From positions 87,454-151,453 of the forward strand of contig JBBPZR010000002.1 in the NCBI GenBank assembly GCA_038276285.1: 64,000 nucleotides of DNA, in the 5' to 3' direction. The first letter of the stretch is position 1. Every line of letters begins with the position of its first letter. The position numbers and the translations under genes were made by a program. Of this stretch, positions 55,121-63,477 are shown in pieces. Source of the stretch: Mycobacteriales bacterium. GTDB lineage: Bacteria > Actinomycetota > Actinomycetes > Mycobacteriales > QHCA01. The notes beneath the pieces were generated by a model. The model searched no databases and had not been told where the DNA came from. It saw nothing but the letters and a program-made list of their open reading frames with translations.

Positions 55121-57361
55121 TCACAATCTCGGCGGGGTCGGAATACTCCTATACCGGACCTTGAATATTTCGGGGGGCCGGTCTGGCGGTCGCAGTATCG
55201 GCGGTTGCGGCAACAGTCCCCGTCGATCACCGCGTTCCAAAAGCTCTACCTCGAGCACGCCGATCTTCAGTCGGCTAGAATTAGGGAGCAGATATGCCGC
55301 GAGGGGAAGCAAGAGCAATACAGCAATGATCGCCGCGAACCCGGCCGAACTCAAGCGATGCTCCCAAAGTAGCCACGTGATTAGGCCTAGCAGCACGATG
55401 GCCAGGCCAGTCACGACTGGCGCGAATCTGCGAGGCAGGGGACGCGGGCCGCTGGCCAGAGACCGTATGTACTTATCGGCGGTAATGAGTTCCACGCTGC
55501 CAGCACCGGCAATCTGAGCCGCGCGCCGCCATGCCGCGCGTGCGTCACGGAGATGACGTAGTAGTAGTTGCGCCTCCCCCTCAAGGAGGAAGAGTCTTGC
55601 TTGGTCGCGGCGCTCGTGCGGCGGCAGCGTTTCGCTTGCCTCCCACAGGGACTTAGCCTTGCCGATGTCGTCCAGGGCGGCCCGCGCCTCCTCGCGGTCG
55701 CTGTCTCGATCGGCTAGCGTGAACCGGATTCCAGCCCTCACTCCGTAGAGCCGCCACGTTGTCTGCCAGTTCGCATCGACGCTAAGCCGGATCGCCTGGT
55801 CTATCCCAGCTTCCGCTTCGTAAGGCAGATCCAGCCGGTTGAGGACGTCGGCGAGCGTTGCGAAAGCTGTCGGCGAAGCATCGCCGAGGCTAATCGACTC
55901 CTGACAGGCCTGGCGGGCCTCAGAAAGATCGTCACCAATTTGCAATAGGACGTATCCAATTCCCTCATATGCCTGCGACAAGGTATCGGTGGAGCCGCTG
56001 TTCCGCGCCAAATCGCGGGCCTTCTCATATGCGAGCAACGCCTCCAGATGCCTCCCAAGGGCGCAATAAGCTCCTCCGCGCCCAACCTGCAGCCTCCCAT
56101 CTGCTGGGTATCTGAGGCGCTCGGCTTCGCGATAGTCATCTAGTGCCTCAGCCTCCATGCCAAGTCGGCAGCGAACTCCAGCTCTCAAAAAGTAGGCGGG
56201 CGCATTACCAGGATCTTGCTCAATGACCTGGTCTATGACGCGCTTTGCCTCAGCTGGCCGCCCCGCGATGTTTAGTACGGCAGCCCGCGTACGCTGCAGG
56301 TTCGGATATCGATCGTTGATGCTGGCGGCTTTATCGTAGGCCTTTAGCGCCTCGTCGTACTGGCGATGCAACGCCCTACTGGAACCGAGGCTCATCCATG
56401 AACCAACGTCGGTATCCGCGCGCCTGACCAGTCGCTCATACATGGCGGCGGCGGACGCGAAGCGATCTAGCTCGTAGAGAATTGCTGCCAGCCACTCATC
56501 CAGATCAAGACTCCGCTCGAGAGTATCGGAGTAGCCATGTTTACGCGCCTTATTGAAAGCGGAGAGTGCCCGCGCAAACAGCCGCCGAGATTCTCGATGT
56601 TCCACTCCATCTGCTCCGCCGAGTTGGTACAGGCAGGCACCACGCCAGACGTGGAGGTTGGCGACGTCCGCAAAGCCGCGTTCGAGAGCATCATCAAAAA
56701 GGCTGAGAGCAGCCCCGTAATCTCGGGCGACGGTGTACGCCCGGAACCCAGAGCCGAACTCCGCTTCGCCCGGGGCCGCAGCTGGCTCTTCGGACGGTTG
56801 CTCCTCGAATTGTGGGGTGAAGTCCTTAGTCAGCGTCCGCATGCGGTCCGCCTCAGCCGCATCAAAGAGAATGCCTTGAACCGAGCCGCCAGGTCGACTG
56901 AAGTCAGTCATCACCTGTACTGCGAAGTCGAGGGGGCCATTACTCGAAAAAGGACGGGCGTTGGGGATTCGATCGTAGGCATCGAACAGGAACGTCTCCG
57001 GCACGCCGACGTATACGGGGGCAGACGCTCGCAGTTTGGCGAGCCGGCCGGGAAGCTCATCAGCATGCTCGATGAGCAGCACGGCCTCGGAACCCTTGGG
57101 AACGTCATGGGTCCATGGCGCGACGTCATTTGCTTCAAGGTAGGGAACGCCCCGCACAGCCGGAGCTACGAAGGTGGCCATTGCACGGGCAGACTCGGTG
57201 ACTAGGTCTTCCAGCAGCCGGGCGAGCCCTTGAGCGTCGTCTTCATCACGCAGCAGCACGAGGAAGGCGTACCGCTGGTCCGACCGGTCGGCTTCCAATG
57301 CGTCCATGTTGGACAATCTTGCCTTAGTTGCGCGCAGGCCTGCAGCGTTCCTCCCTCCCAT
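55121..57361 (-). CDS. TPR-repeat protein with an unknown N-terminal domain and C-terminal TM helices; lower GC than its surroundings
   Basis: 746 aa. The central roughly 400 aa are TPR-like repeats with a recurring A..Y/F....A...P pattern. The C-terminus has two hydrophobic helices (VVTGLAIVLLGLITWLLW, FAAIIAVLLLLPLAAYLL). The start is Met at 57361 or 57307. Codon usage is visibly more A/T-rich than in the neighbours. Confidence 0.75.
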   Translation of the reverse strand: MGGRNAAGLRATKARLSNMDALEADRSDQRYAFLVLLRDEDDAQGLARLLEDLVTESARAMATFVAPAVRGVPYLEANDVAPWTHDVPKGSEAVLLIEHADELPGRLAKLRASAPVYVGVPETFLFDAYDRIPNARPFSSNGPLDFAVQVMTDFSRPGGSVQGILFDAAEADRMRTLTKDFTPQFEEQPSEEPAAAPGEAEFGSGFRAYTVARDYGAALSLFDDALERGFADVANLHVWRGACLYQLGGADGVEHRESRRLFARALSAFNKARKHGYSDTLERSLDLDEWLAAILYELDRFASAAAMYERLVRRADTDVGSWMSLGSSRALHRQYDEALKAYDKAASINDRYPNLQRTRAAVLNIAGRPAEAKRVIDQVIEQDPGNAPAYFLRAGVRCRLGMEAEALDDYREAERLRYPADGRLQVGRGGAYCALGRHLEALLAYEKARDLARNSGSTDTLSQAYEGIGYVLLQIGDDLSEARQACQESISLGDASPTAFATLADVLNRLDLPYEAEAGIDQAIRLSVDANWQTTWRLYGVRAGIRFTLADRDSDREEARAALDDIGKAKSLWEASETLPPHERRDQARLFLLEGEAQLLLRHLRDARAAWRRAAQIAGAGSVELITADKYIRSLASGPRPLPRRFAPVVTGLAIVLLGLITWLLWEHRLSSAGFAAIIAVLLLLPLAAYLLPNSSRLKIGVLEVELLERGDRRGLLPQPPILRPPDRPPEIFKVRYRSIPTPPRL

Positions 57362-57485
57362 CGGGCGGCGTGACCGGAGCTGCGAGGAAGATCCCGGAGA
57401 ACAGCTAGGGCCAGCCCGACAACAACACGGTAGTCACCGGGCCATGTTCGTATGCCCTCTTGACACCCCCTCATGGGTGCCGCCG

Positions 57486-57563
<78 letters not shown>

Positions 57564-57596
57564 CAGTACGGCGCCAAGGCTAGCAGCCAGCGACCG

Positions 57597-58427
57597 TCAG
57601 TCGTTCACGGCGAGGCGCCGCTCCATCTCGTCGAGGTCGTGGTCCAGGTGCTCCTCGGCGGTCAATGGGCGGTCGGCCGCAAGGCCGGCCGAGGCTGCGG
57701 GAGCGGAGGGTGCGGCCGGCAGCGGCGGGGCCGGCGGGGCGGTCACGTACGTCGGCAGCGGCACGGGCACCGGGTGCCAGGAGCCGTCCTCCTGGCGCTC
57801 GATGATCACGGCGTTGGACGGCGTGACAATGGGCGGGGCGTCGGCCCGGGCCGTCGCCGCTGCGTGGGCGGCGGCCATCTGCTCCGCCGCGCGACGCGCG
57901 CGCTGGGCGGCGCGGGCCCGGCGGGCCCGCATCCGGGCGGTCTCGCGGCGGACATGGACGACGAAGGCGGCCAGCAACAGGTCGATGAGCACCTGCCCGG
58001 CCCACAGCACCGGCGCGACCGTGAGCGCGAGCGGCAGCAGGAGCACCGCCACCGCGGCCAGCCCGATCACGAGCCGTCGGCGCCGGGCGATGACCCCGCG
58101 TCTGGCCAGTTCTGGATCGCGGCCGGCTCGTACTTCGGCAGACTCCGTCCGGCGCTCCTCGTCGTCGGCCACCCGGCGGCGGGCCTCGGCGGCTTCCGTG
58201 GCCCACTGGCTGGTCCCGTTGACCACAACGCTGGGTGAGCTGTCGGGCCGGCGCGGCACGACGACATAGCGCCGATCGCCGGCCGGGCGGCGGGCCAGCA
58301 CGCGCATGGCGGTGGCGAACCGGTCGACCGAACGCGCCTCGCTCGCCGCGTCGTGGCGGTTCAGGAGCATCGGAACCAGGACCACTGCCCACGCTGCGAC
58401 GATCACCAACAAGATGAGCGAGCTCAC
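57597..58427 (-). CDS. Conserved actinobacterial membrane protein (Rv0996-like by position)
   Basis: 276 aa with an N-terminal TM helix (LILLVIVAAWAVVLVPMLL), a second TM pair and an Ala/Arg-rich region. It lies downstream of rimJ, as I recall for mycobacteria. Confidence 0.75.
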   Translation of the reverse strand: MSSLILLVIVAAWAVVLVPMLLNRHDAASEARSVDRFATAMRVLARRPAGDRRYVVVPRRPDSSPSVVVNGTSQWATEAAEARRRVADDEERRTESAEVRAGRDPELARRGVIARRRRLVIGLAAVAVLLLPLALTVAPVLWAGQVLIDLLLAAFVVHVRRETARMRARRARAAQRARRAAEQMAAAHAAATARADAPPIVTPSNAVIIERQEDGSWHPVPVPLPTYVTAPPAPPLPAAPSAPAASAGLAADRPLTAEEHLDHDLDEMERRLAVND

Positions 58428-58469
58428 GAGTTCACACGCTATGGCGGGTACGGCCGACGGGCCGGGACG

Positions 58470-59081
58470 TCAGCCGGTGTGTCGAGCGGAAAGCCACCGC
58501 GTCAGCAGCCCACGCGGCACATCCTCCTTGGTCACGGCGTAGCCGACGTGATCACGCCAGGCACCGTCGATGAAGAGCAGCCGCTCGTGCAGGCCCTCCT
58601 CGCGGAACCCCAGTTTCTCCACGACCCGCCTGCTGGCGGTGTTCTCCGGCCGGATGTTGACCTCGATTCGGTGCAGGGCGGCCGGGCCGAGACAGTGATC
58701 GACCGTCAGTGCCAGGGCGGTCGGCATGATCCCGCGACCGGCCACCCGCCCGTCCACCCAGTAGCCGGCGTACCCCGACTGGAAGGAGCCGCGCACGATG
58801 TTGCCGATGGTCACCTGCCCGACCAGGCGGCCTTCGTAGGTGATGGCGAACGGCAGGGTCTGACCGGCGCGGGCCTGGCGGCGCAAGGCGCGCGCCATCG
58901 CCCGGAAGACCGGCCGGGTGTGGCGCTCGGACCACGGCAGGGGTGCCGATGGCTCCCACGGCAGCAGCCAGCGTTCGTTGGCCAGCCGTACGGCGCACCA
59001 CTCGGCCGCGTCCCGCTGGCGCAGCGACCGGATCCCCACCGGGCCGTGGGAAGCGCTGCCTGGCCAGCCGGGAGTGCTCAT
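58470..59081 (-). CDS. rimJ: GNAT family ribosomal-protein N-acetyltransferase (RimJ-like)
   Basis: 203 aa. GYWVDGRVAGRGIMPTAL and the NTASRRVVEKLGFREEG tail are typical of RimJ/RimL. Confidence 0.85.
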   Translation of the reverse strand: MSTPGWPGSASHGPVGIRSLRQRDAAEWCAVRLANERWLLPWEPSAPLPWSERHTRPVFRAMARALRRQARAGQTLPFAITYEGRLVGQVTIGNIVRGSFQSGYAGYWVDGRVAGRGIMPTALALTVDHCLGPAALHRIEVNIRPENTASRRVVEKLGFREEGLHERLLFIDGAWRDHVGYAVTKEDVPRGLLTRWLSARHTG

Positions 59082-59094
59082 GCGCGAGGCCGCG

Positions 59095-60318
59095 CTACCG
59101 GTCGGCGCGGCCGAGCACGAGCACGTCGACCTCGCTGCCGACGGGTACCTCGGTGGTGTCGTCGTCGATGACGATCAGCGCGTTGGCTCCCGCGAGCCCG
59201 GCCAGCAGGTGCGATCCGGTGCCCCCGTGCGGGCTGACGACGTACTCCTCGCCCTGCACCGTCAGCTGGGCCCTGCGGTACTGCCGCTTGCCAGGGGGCG
59301 TGGTCACGGCCTCGAGCAGGCGGGCGCGGACCATCCGCCGGTGCAGCTTGTGGAAGCCCGCCATCCGCCGGATCGCCGGGCGTACGAACACCTCGAACGC
59401 GACGAGCGCACTCACCGGGTTGCCGGGCAGGCAGAAAATCGGGGTGGCATCCGGGCCGATGGTGCCGAATCCCTGGGGCATCCCGGGCTGCATGGCGACC
59501 CGCTCGAAGCGCACGGTGCCCAGCTTGCTGAGCGCCTTCTTGACCACATCGCGCTCGCCGACGCTCACCCCGCCGCTGGTGATCACCAGATCGGCGCGGA
59601 TCAGGTGGTCGTCGAGGATCGCCACCAGCCGATCGGCATCGTCGCCGACGATTCCCGCGCGATAGCCGTCGCCGCCGGCCTCGGTCACCGACGCGGTCAG
59701 GGCGTAACTGTTGGAGTCGTAGATCTGGCCGGGCCGCGGCGGCTCGCCGGGCTCCACGACCTCGTCGCCGGTCGACAGCACGACGGCTCGGGGCTTGGGA
59801 TGCACTAGCGCGTGGTCGCGGCCGACGGCGGCGAGCAACGCAAGCTGCGCCGCGTGTATGACACCCCCACGCGGCGCCACGAGTTCGCCGCCCCGCACGT
59901 CCTCGCCCACCCGGCGTACGTGCTGGCCCTCCTGCGGTGCGCGGCTGATCAGCACCGAGGCGAGCCCGCCGTCGGTCCACTCGACGGGCACCACCGAGTC
60001 GGCGCCGGCCGGCATCGTGGCGCCGGTCATGATCCGCAAGCACGACCCGGCGCTGACGGCAAGTGCCTTCCACGAGCCGGCCATGACGTCCCCGATGACG
60101 GCCAGCCGGACCGGATCGTCGTCACTCGCACCCGCGACGTCGGCGGTTCGCACGGCATAACCGTCCATCGCGGAGTTGTCGAAGGCCGGGAGTGGGGCGG
60201 GGGCGTGGACCTCCTCGGCCAGCACGCACCCGTGTGTTTCCGCGAGTTGCAGGTCGATCGGGCTCAGGGGGTGTACGGCAGCGAGCACGTCGGCCAGGTG
60301 CTTGTCGACGCTTTTCAC
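59095..60318 (-). CDS. moeA: Molybdopterin molybdenumtransferase
   Basis: 407 aa with the MoeA N, MoCF-binding (TSGGVSVGERD) and C-terminal domains. Confidence 0.92.
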   Translation of the reverse strand: MKSVDKHLADVLAAVHPLSPIDLQLAETHGCVLAEEVHAPAPLPAFDNSAMDGYAVRTADVAGASDDDPVRLAVIGDVMAGSWKALAVSAGSCLRIMTGATMPAGADSVVPVEWTDGGLASVLISRAPQEGQHVRRVGEDVRGGELVAPRGGVIHAAQLALLAAVGRDHALVHPKPRAVVLSTGDEVVEPGEPPRPGQIYDSNSYALTASVTEAGGDGYRAGIVGDDADRLVAILDDHLIRADLVITSGGVSVGERDVVKKALSKLGTVRFERVAMQPGMPQGFGTIGPDATPIFCLPGNPVSALVAFEVFVRPAIRRMAGFHKLHRRMVRARLLEAVTTPPGKRQYRRAQLTVQGEEYVVSPHGGTGSHLLAGLAGANALIVIDDDTTEVPVGSEVDVLVLGRADR

Positions 60319-60342
60319 GGCAGGACCTTCACGGCAGGACCT

Positions 60343-61248
60343 TCACGGGAGTGTCCGGACGTACTCCTTGAGCCAGCCGCGGAAGGCCGGGCCGACGTCC
60401 TCACGTTCGCAGGCCACCTCGACGACCGCCTTCAGGTAGTCGCCGCAGTCCCCGGTGTCGTAGCGCCGCCCGGTGAAGACCACTCCGTGCACCGGCGTAC
60501 CGCGGCGCAGCAGGGTGGCCATGGCGTCGGTGAGCTGGATCTCGCCGCCGGCGCCCGGGACGGTGTCGCGCAGCACCTCGAAGATCTCGGCCGGCAGCAC
60601 ATAACGGCCGATCACCGCAAGCGTGCTCGGTGCCTCCGCCGGATCGGGCTTCTCGACCAGGCCGGTGATGCGTACGACGTCGTCGTCGTCCGTCGGCTGC
60701 ACCGATGCGATGCCGTAGCGACTGACAAGATCCGCCGGCACGTCGATCAGGCCCAGCACGATCCCGCCCCGCTCGGCCTGCAGGTCGAGCATGCGCGGCA
60801 GCAGCGGGGTCCGCCCGTCGATGATGTCGTCGCCGAGCAGCACGGCGAACGGATGGCGACCGACGTGCGCCGCGGCACAGAGCACGGCGTGCCCGAGGCC
60901 ACGGGCGACGTCCTGACGTGAGGTGGAGATGTCGGCGAGCTCACTGGAGTGCCGGACAGCGGCCAGCCGCTCCTTGTCACCCTTGAGTTCGAGTGCGCTC
61001 TCCAGGCCGGGCGCTCGATCGAAGTGGTCGGCGATCGCGTCCTTGCCCCGGCTGATGACCAGGTGGACGTCGGTGAGCCCGGCGGTGGCCGCCTCCTCGA
61101 CGATGTACTCGATGGCCGGCGTGTCGACGATCGGCAGGAGTTCCTTGGGCACCGACTTGGTCGCCGGCACGAAGCGGGTGCCCAGCCCGGCAGCCGGGAT
61201 GACCGCCTTGACCGCGCGGCCAACCCGGTTTGTCTCGGCATGCAGCAT
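60343..61248 (-). CDS. galU: UTP--glucose-1-phosphate uridylyltransferase
   Basis: 301 aa with the AVIPAAGLGTRFVPATKSVPKELLPIVD motif. Confidence 0.95.
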   Translation of the reverse strand: MLHAETNRVGRAVKAVIPAAGLGTRFVPATKSVPKELLPIVDTPAIEYIVEEAATAGLTDVHLVISRGKDAIADHFDRAPGLESALELKGDKERLAAVRHSSELADISTSRQDVARGLGHAVLCAAAHVGRHPFAVLLGDDIIDGRTPLLPRMLDLQAERGGIVLGLIDVPADLVSRYGIASVQPTDDDDVVRITGLVEKPDPAEAPSTLAVIGRYVLPAEIFEVLRDTVPGAGGEIQLTDAMATLLRRGTPVHGVVFTGRRYDTGDCGDYLKAVVEVACEREDVGPAFRGWLKEYVRTLP

Positions 61249-61304
61249 TGTTAGAGCGTAGATGCCGCCGCGCGGCGGTGTGCGCTGACCGACAGGATGA
61301 GGCG

Positions 61305-61964
61305 GTGTACGAGGACAAGGCCGCGCTCCGCCAGGAGGTGCTGGCCCGCCGGCGGGCAGTGGGCGAGGTCACCCTCCGCGCAGCGGCGGCGGCGCTGCTC
61401 GACCACGTCATGGCGGCCGTGCGGCAGGCCGGATTCCGCCGGGTCTGCGCCTACGTCCCGTTCGGTACCGAGCCGGGTTCCCTCGCGCTGCTCGACGCGC
61501 TGGTTGCCGGTGGGGTTGACGTGCTGCTGCCCGTGCTGCGCGCCGACCAGGATCTCGACTGGGCCGTGTACGGTGGTCGGCACTCGTTGGTCGCGGCCGG
61601 GCCGAGTGGGCCGACTGGGCCGAGTGGGCCGAGCGAGCCGAGCGAGCCGAGCGGACCGAGCGAGCCGAGCGGACCGAGCGAGCCGAGCGAGCCGAGCGAG
61701 CCGGTCGGGCCGCGGCTGGGCGTGGCGGCGGTGCGGACCGTCGATGTGCTGCTCGTGCCGGCGCTCGCCGTCGATCCGGCCGGCCATCGTCTCGGCCGGG
61801 GGGGCGGGTCCTATGACCGGGTGCTTGCCCGGGTTGCGGGCGAGCACCCTGTCGTGGCGCTCCTGCACGACGGTGAGCGGGTGGCCGCCGTGCCGGTCGA
61901 GTCGCACGACTGGCCGGTGAGCCACACGGTCACACCGACCGAGGGCTGGCAGCCGGTCGGCTAA
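61305..61964 (+). CDS. 5-formyltetrahydrofolate cyclo-ligase with an in-frame Pro/Ser/Glu/Gly repeat insert
   Basis: The start is probably the GTG at 61305 (VYEDKAALRQEVLARRRAV). The family C-terminal motif is GHRLGRGGGSYDR. A 34-aa PSGPTGPSGPSEPSEPSGPSEP... insert lies between conserved blocks. Confidence 0.85.
   Translation: MYEDKAALRQEVLARRRAVGEVTLRAAAAALLDHVMAAVRQAGFRRVCAYVPFGTEPGSLALLDALVAGGVDVLLPVLRADQDLDWAVYGGRHSLVAAGPSGPTGPSGPSEPSEPSGPSEPSGPSEPSEPSEPVGPRLGVAAVRTVDVLLVPALAVDPAGHRLGRGGGSYDRVLARVAGEHPVVALLHDGERVAAVPVESHDWPVSHTVTPTEGWQPVG
61598..61703 (+). repeat. In-frame short tandem repeat (units of 9 nt, GAGCCGAGC/GGGCCGAGT-like) inside the MTHFS gene
   Basis: The DNA reads gggccgagtgggccgactgggccgagtgggccgagcgagccgagcgagccgagcggaccgagcgagccgagcggaccgagcgagccgagcgagccgagcgagccg. 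It translates as a P-S/T-G/E repeat. Confidence 0.85.
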
Positions 61965-62101
61965 CCGTGACGAGCTTGCCTCTCGCCGTTTCGGATGGGC
62001 GAGTCGACGCCCACCGCCCTGCGACCGTCTGTCATCAAGTGAGCTATGACGCACGTTTCGACAGACGAACCGGGATCCCGGCCCCTTGCCATGACACACT
62101 G

Positions 62102-62128
62102 TTGGCACTCCCCTTAAGAGAGTGCCAG
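62102..62128. promoter_or_regulatory. CIRCE-like HrcA operator
   Basis: TTGGCACTC-N9(CCCTTAAGA)-GAGTGCCAG compares well with the CIRCE consensus TTAGCACTC-N9-GAGTGCTAA. It lies 32 nt upstream of the GTG of the zinc-ribbon gene. Confidence 0.75.
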
Positions 62129-62159
62129 TCTTGAGAATGGCAAGGCCAGGAGGTCTCGG

Positions 62160-62570
62160 GTGCCGACGTACGAGTACGCATGCAGGCAATGCGACCATCG
62201 CCTCGAGGCGGTTCAGTCCTTCATCGACGACCCACTCACGAACTGCCCCCAGTGCAGCGGTGCACTTCGCAAGGTGTTCTCGGCGGTGGGAGTTGTGTTC
62301 AAGGGGTCCGGTTTTTATCGCAACGACAGCCGCCCGAAATCGGATAAGTCCTCGAGCAGCGACGGTGCCGGCACGTCGGAGAGCAAGTCCGACTCGAAAT
62401 CCGACTCGAAATCCGACTCGAAGTCCGAGTCGAAGTCCGAGTCGAAGTCCGGCAGCAGCGCGTCAGGCAGTACCTCCGGCGGCGGGTCCGACGGCTCGTC
62501 GGGCGGCACGAAGTCGAAGAGCAAGCCGGCCGCCAAGAACGACTCGTCCACAGCGGCCAAGTCGGCCTGA
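62160..62570 (+). CDS. ruc: FmdB-family zinc-ribbon protein with a disordered Ser/Lys/Asp tail (Rv0991c/Ruc-like)
   Basis: 136 aa with a GTG start after CCAGGAGG. The N-terminus reads MPTYEYACRQCDHRLEAVQSFIDDPLTNCPQCSG (CxxC...CxxC), followed by a low-complexity tail SKSDSKSDSKSDSKSESKSESKS. Confidence 0.8.
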   Translation: MPTYEYACRQCDHRLEAVQSFIDDPLTNCPQCSGALRKVFSAVGVVFKGSGFYRNDSRPKSDKSSSSDGAGTSESKSDSKSDSKSDSKSESKSESKSGSSASGSTSGGGSDGSSGGTKSKSKPAAKNDSSTAAKSA

Positions 62571-62655
62571 TTCCTCCACAGTCGGTGCTCGGCCGACGGC
62601 TGCCGGTGCCTCGATCTGGTTAGGGTCGTCTCCTGGTTCAGCGACAGGAGGACAC

Positions 62656-63477
62656 GTGCCCGAGGAGCCCGCTGGGAAGCCCCGCGCCGAGATCGCGGTG
62701 ATCGGCGGGTCAGGTTTCTACTCCTTCCTCGACGACGTCCGCAGGGTCGAGGTCGATACTCCGTACGGGCCACCGAGCGCGGCCGTGTCTGTCGGGCAGA
62801 TGGGTGGCCGCAGGGTCGCCTTCCTGCCGCGGCACGGCGCCGATCATCGGTTCCCGCCGCACCGCCTGCCCTACCGCGCCAACGCCTGGGCCCTTCGCGC
62901 GCTCGGCGTCACCCAGATCCTCGCGCCTTGCGCCGTGGGGTCGCTGCAGGCCACGCTGGGACCGGGTGATGTCGTGGTGCCCGATCAGCTGGTCGACCGC
63001 ACCTCCGGCCGGCCGCAGACGTTCCACGACAGCGGAGCCGTGCACGTCGCCTTCGCCGATCCCTACTGTCCCGCCGGTCGCCAGGCGGTGCTCGAAGCAT
63101 CTCAGGCCACCGGCCGACCCGCGGTCGATGGCGGCACCGTGGTCGTGGTCGAGGGACCACGCTTTTCCACGCGGGCCGAGTCGCGGTGGTACGCCCGGCA
63201 GGGCTGGGCACTGGTCAACATGACCGGGCACCCCGAGGCTGTCCTCGCCCGTGAGCTGGCCATGTGCTACACCGCCATCGGCCTCGTCACTGATCTCGAC
63301 GCGGGCCTGGCCTCCGGCGACGAGGTCTCCCAGGCGGAGGTGTTCGGGGTCTTCGCCGCCAACGTCGAGCGGCTGCGCGCGCTGTTGGTCGACGTCATCG
63401 CAGCGCTGCCGGCCGACCGCGACTGCCCCTGCGCACGCGCCCTCGATGGAATCGAGCTCGGCTTCGAGCTCCCGTGA
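62656..63477 (+). CDS. mtnP: S-methyl-5'-thioadenosine phosphorylase
   Basis: I trimmed the start to the GTG at 62656, which follows GACAGGAGGAC. Motifs include IAVIGGSGFY, FLPRHGADHRFPPHRLPYRANAWAL and MTGHPEAVLARE. The 178 upstream codons of the track ORF overlap the ruc frame. Confidence 0.9.
   Translation: MPEEPAGKPRAEIAVIGGSGFYSFLDDVRRVEVDTPYGPPSAAVSVGQMGGRRVAFLPRHGADHRFPPHRLPYRANAWALRALGVTQILAPCAVGSLQATLGPGDVVVPDQLVDRTSGRPQTFHDSGAVHVAFADPYCPAGRQAVLEASQATGRPAVDGGTVVVVEGPRFSTRAESRWYARQGWALVNMTGHPEAVLARELAMCYTAIGLVTDLDAGLASGDEVSQAEVFGVFAANVERLRALLVDVIAALPADRDCPCARALDGIELGFELP

Noticed and set aside
62122-62655. The upstream 178 codons of the 451-aa ORF that ends as MtaP
   Set aside because: It overlaps the ruc-like gene in another frame and is Arg/Pro/Ser-rich. 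MtaP homology begins at the GTG at 62656, which follows a strong RBS.
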